64,000 nucleotides of DNA, taken from the NCBI GenBank assembly GCA_964187785.1, contig OZ076410.1:38688001-38752000 (forward strand), in the 5' to 3' direction. Of the stretch, positions 61,474-64,000 are shown piece by piece. The notes below the pieces were generated by a model. It did no database searches and had not been told where the DNA came from. It was given only the letters and a program-made list of their open reading frames with translations. Made by a program: the position numbers and the translations under genes. Source of the stretch: Amphiscolops sp. MND2022. Taxonomy: Eukaryota. Every line of letters begins with the position of its first letter. Positions within the stretch are counted from its first letter, which is position 1.

Positions 61474-62999
61474 ACTTTTAACATTAGTTCCGAGGAAGAA
61501 TGGTAGTAAGCATTAACGATCTTTGGAAGATGTAATTGACAGATTTTGTAAAATACTGCCGAAAAAAGGTCTGTTTGAATGTGTTTCCAAACTGCATATT
61601 TTAGCCATGGTACTGCAAGGCGAGAGAAGTATTATGAAAGTAGAACTGAAGAACACCCGAGCATCGTCCCTGCAAATCATACTGAATTTTATATATACAG
61701 GTTAGTTCGATACCACTTTAAGCGTCACAACCATTTAATAGTTTGTCAACTTTACACTCATTGTTCCAAAATCTTTCATCATCTTGAGATCCTAATCACA
61801 ATTGTCGCAGCCCCCGCATGCTGCGAGACTCCAAACATAAGAGGAACGCCTAAAAAAGAAAGCGGAGAAGATGTCACAGGAGAAACTAACAAATCACCAT
61901 AAAACTTGAAAAGAAGCAACCAGCAAACAAATAATATTGAATTAAATAACAATATAAATATACAATTAATGATAATAACACCATTGTGCAATACCTGAAA
62001 TACATATGTAAATAATTATGTATTAATGAGTGCGGTATTTTGTTTACAGTCAAACAGCCAGCGCGTTGACTGAATTTGTCACAGCAAGCGCGTTGACTGG
62101 AGTGCTGCCAGGTTTATGTATTAACCAACCAGCGTTGAGCGCAATTACACAATAATATGAAGCAACCTCCCTGGCAGCATACCAGTTGAGCAAAGCTGGA
62201 AAGCACGCTCAGTCGCTCGACTGAAGTATCCAAATGGTGAAGGTAATCAAACGATGCTAAATATAAATTTAACAGTATTACGGAGCTTAAAAGAAGCTTA
62301 CTCCCAAAGAAAATGTCGAAAGTGAACCGAAAGAATATTACTAGGGATGATCCAATGCTGTAATAATATCTTCATCAGTTTTAAAATTGGGTCAACCGCC
62401 TGGGCAACCAGCTAAAGTATTCTGGTTAGGTCGACTGCCGCGGCAACCTATCAGTTGAAATGATTAGACGAAGGCATCATTGTGTTGTTAACCATCGACT
62501 ATTCCACCTATTGTGTGCTGTTGTGTTAAACTAAACATATTCGTATTATTCCAACGTAATTTGGCTCGATAAGTTGATGTTGTTTGAAATTTGATCTGGG
62601 TCAGTCTCCAGAGTGACTAACATTTAATTGCTAAATAAATCACTTTTCACTCAAATCCGAGTGGAATTGTTCATGTAATCAGATAATATACGAACCTTGG
62701 GAAATACCTTAGTTCATACCCGTTGTCTATTACCATTTATTGTATTTATTCAAAGTCCCCCCATCAATAATTTGGATCATCACTCTGGTCAATTACCCAA
62801 ACTTCGTCTAACATGTACAATTACCTGGCTTACGACCAGAATCTATCCTGACAATCTTGTCCAGATTTTTAATTCTTTGAACTAATGTTGACGTCTGAAG
62901 TTCATTTAATTGTCAATCCTCTTCATTGAGTGCAGCTCCGTAATTCATTTCATTTTAAATTCTCATTTTTATCGAGGAAATTTTCCTTTTCCTTTTACT

Positions 63000-63942
63000 G
63001 CTTCAGTAGCTAAATTCATGAATTCCAGTGCCAACTTTGACTCTGCGTCTTGCGGGGAATGAAGAAGAAAGGCACGCGGAATTGGGAAGCGGCAGGAAGT
63101 TGATTCTCACTTTTCCTTAAAAGTGAGATAAAGCCGAATATCGAGTCCCGAGGAAGCTTACCTTATTTGCATTTTCCCGCTTTGGAAAGTACGCCGAATT
63201 GAACAAGGTGTGAAATCACGCGCGAGGTTTTCCCCGCGTGTCTAGCGGAATGTTTATAAACCTGGAGCAGGATTAGAAAAGGACAAAATTTTTTCAATTC
63301 TCGGGTAAACTTGAATTTGTTGAGGGATAAAAACCAATTCTTTTCGCTTCGAATTTCCTACTTTGACCAGTTTTCACCTCTTGTTTGTATTACTGTTGTT
63401 TGAACCAGTATTCTGCCACTTGACAGACTGATTTGTTTCCGGTTTCAAAAGAATCACTTGTATAACTAAACTGTTGCCCGGAACTTATTTTTATCCAGAT
63501 CAAGCAGGAAAAATCTCATAAACGTAAGCTGCAAAGTGACCCCTCCAGTTGCCACTCAGATGTAGAAGTGGTCAGCCTGTCTAACGATGGAAACCTTCAT
63601 CTATTAGGACAGGATTTCGAAGACATCTCGAGTGAAACTGAAAGAAAAATTTCTAGACGTTTGAGAGATGCTGAATTTGGACAAAGAGGATCATCAAGTC
63701 TGATTGAAAACTTATCGTCTAAGGTAGATAATCTGTCCAGCACTTTGTCCGAACAAAGATGTTCAGCTGTAAGGACTGAACATAACGAGAGTTCCCAAGA
63801 GGAAATAGCTGAAACCAACTTTCCAAGCAACAACAAGTGTGATCAAGGCACCAAGAACCAGCAGAAGTTTTTGCAGCCTGAAAATTCTTGCTTGAATTCC
63901 ATTACTTTCCGTGCAAGACATTTGGCTTCTTTTATGTTCTGA
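63000..63942 (+). mobile_element. Probable LTR fragment of a fifth Gypsy family with embedded ORF 63568..63942
   Basis: Ser/acidic, coiled-coil-like ORF (LIENLSSKVDNLSS) of the same style as the LTR-embedded ORFs of E1-E3, preceded by a GC-richer promoter-like tract; termini not defined. Confidence 0.45.
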
Positions 63943-64000
63943 TCTTCAGAACTGATCTATAGAGGCTATTGATATATAGTGAAAGAGTCACACGTTTTCT

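Larger units (their letters stand above)
54046..61700 (+). pseudogene. BTB/POZ-domain gene fragments (54046-54142, ~60540-60600, 61605-61700)
   Basis: MESRPYLG...FYRQGNFCDVILVTK|GT donor; RCHKIVLAKNSSFLKHF; AG|AMVLQGERSIMKVELKNTRASSLQIILNFIYTG|GT. These are the three consecutive conserved BTB blocks in order; the middle block lacks clean splice sites. Confidence 0.7.

Overview
AT-rich, intron-containing eukaryotic (probably invertebrate) DNA with one 200-N scaffold gap, dominated by Ty3/Gypsy LTR retrotransposons. Four elements can be delimited. E1 (<1..14794, minus) has full but frameshifted gag-pol. E3 (15105..18419, TSD GATGG) is an internally deleted shell. E2 (32223..45465, TSD GCCAT) lacks gag to RNase H. 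E4 (55985..60135) has short LTRs and is decayed. An LTR-like piece of a fifth family sits at the right end. Host-like genes are two trypsin-fold protease (pseudo)genes, a fragmented BTB-domain gene and an unidentified multi-exon coding region; there are also a LINE RT remnant, small Helitron-like repeats with tRNA-like cores, and tandem duplications. The main observation is that E1 and E2, although very different in DNA sequence, both carry a multi-intron gene antisense to gag-pol between integrase and the 3' LTR. The two products align by eye (C-x2-C-x16-H-x5-H finger and C-terminal domain) and resemble a catalytically dead hAT-transposase derivative. These families also share a gag-like ORF starting inside the LTR, a sense ORF ending at the PPT, and (E2/E3) a non-canonical, duplicated PPT. 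All alignments were done by eye; no database searches were run.
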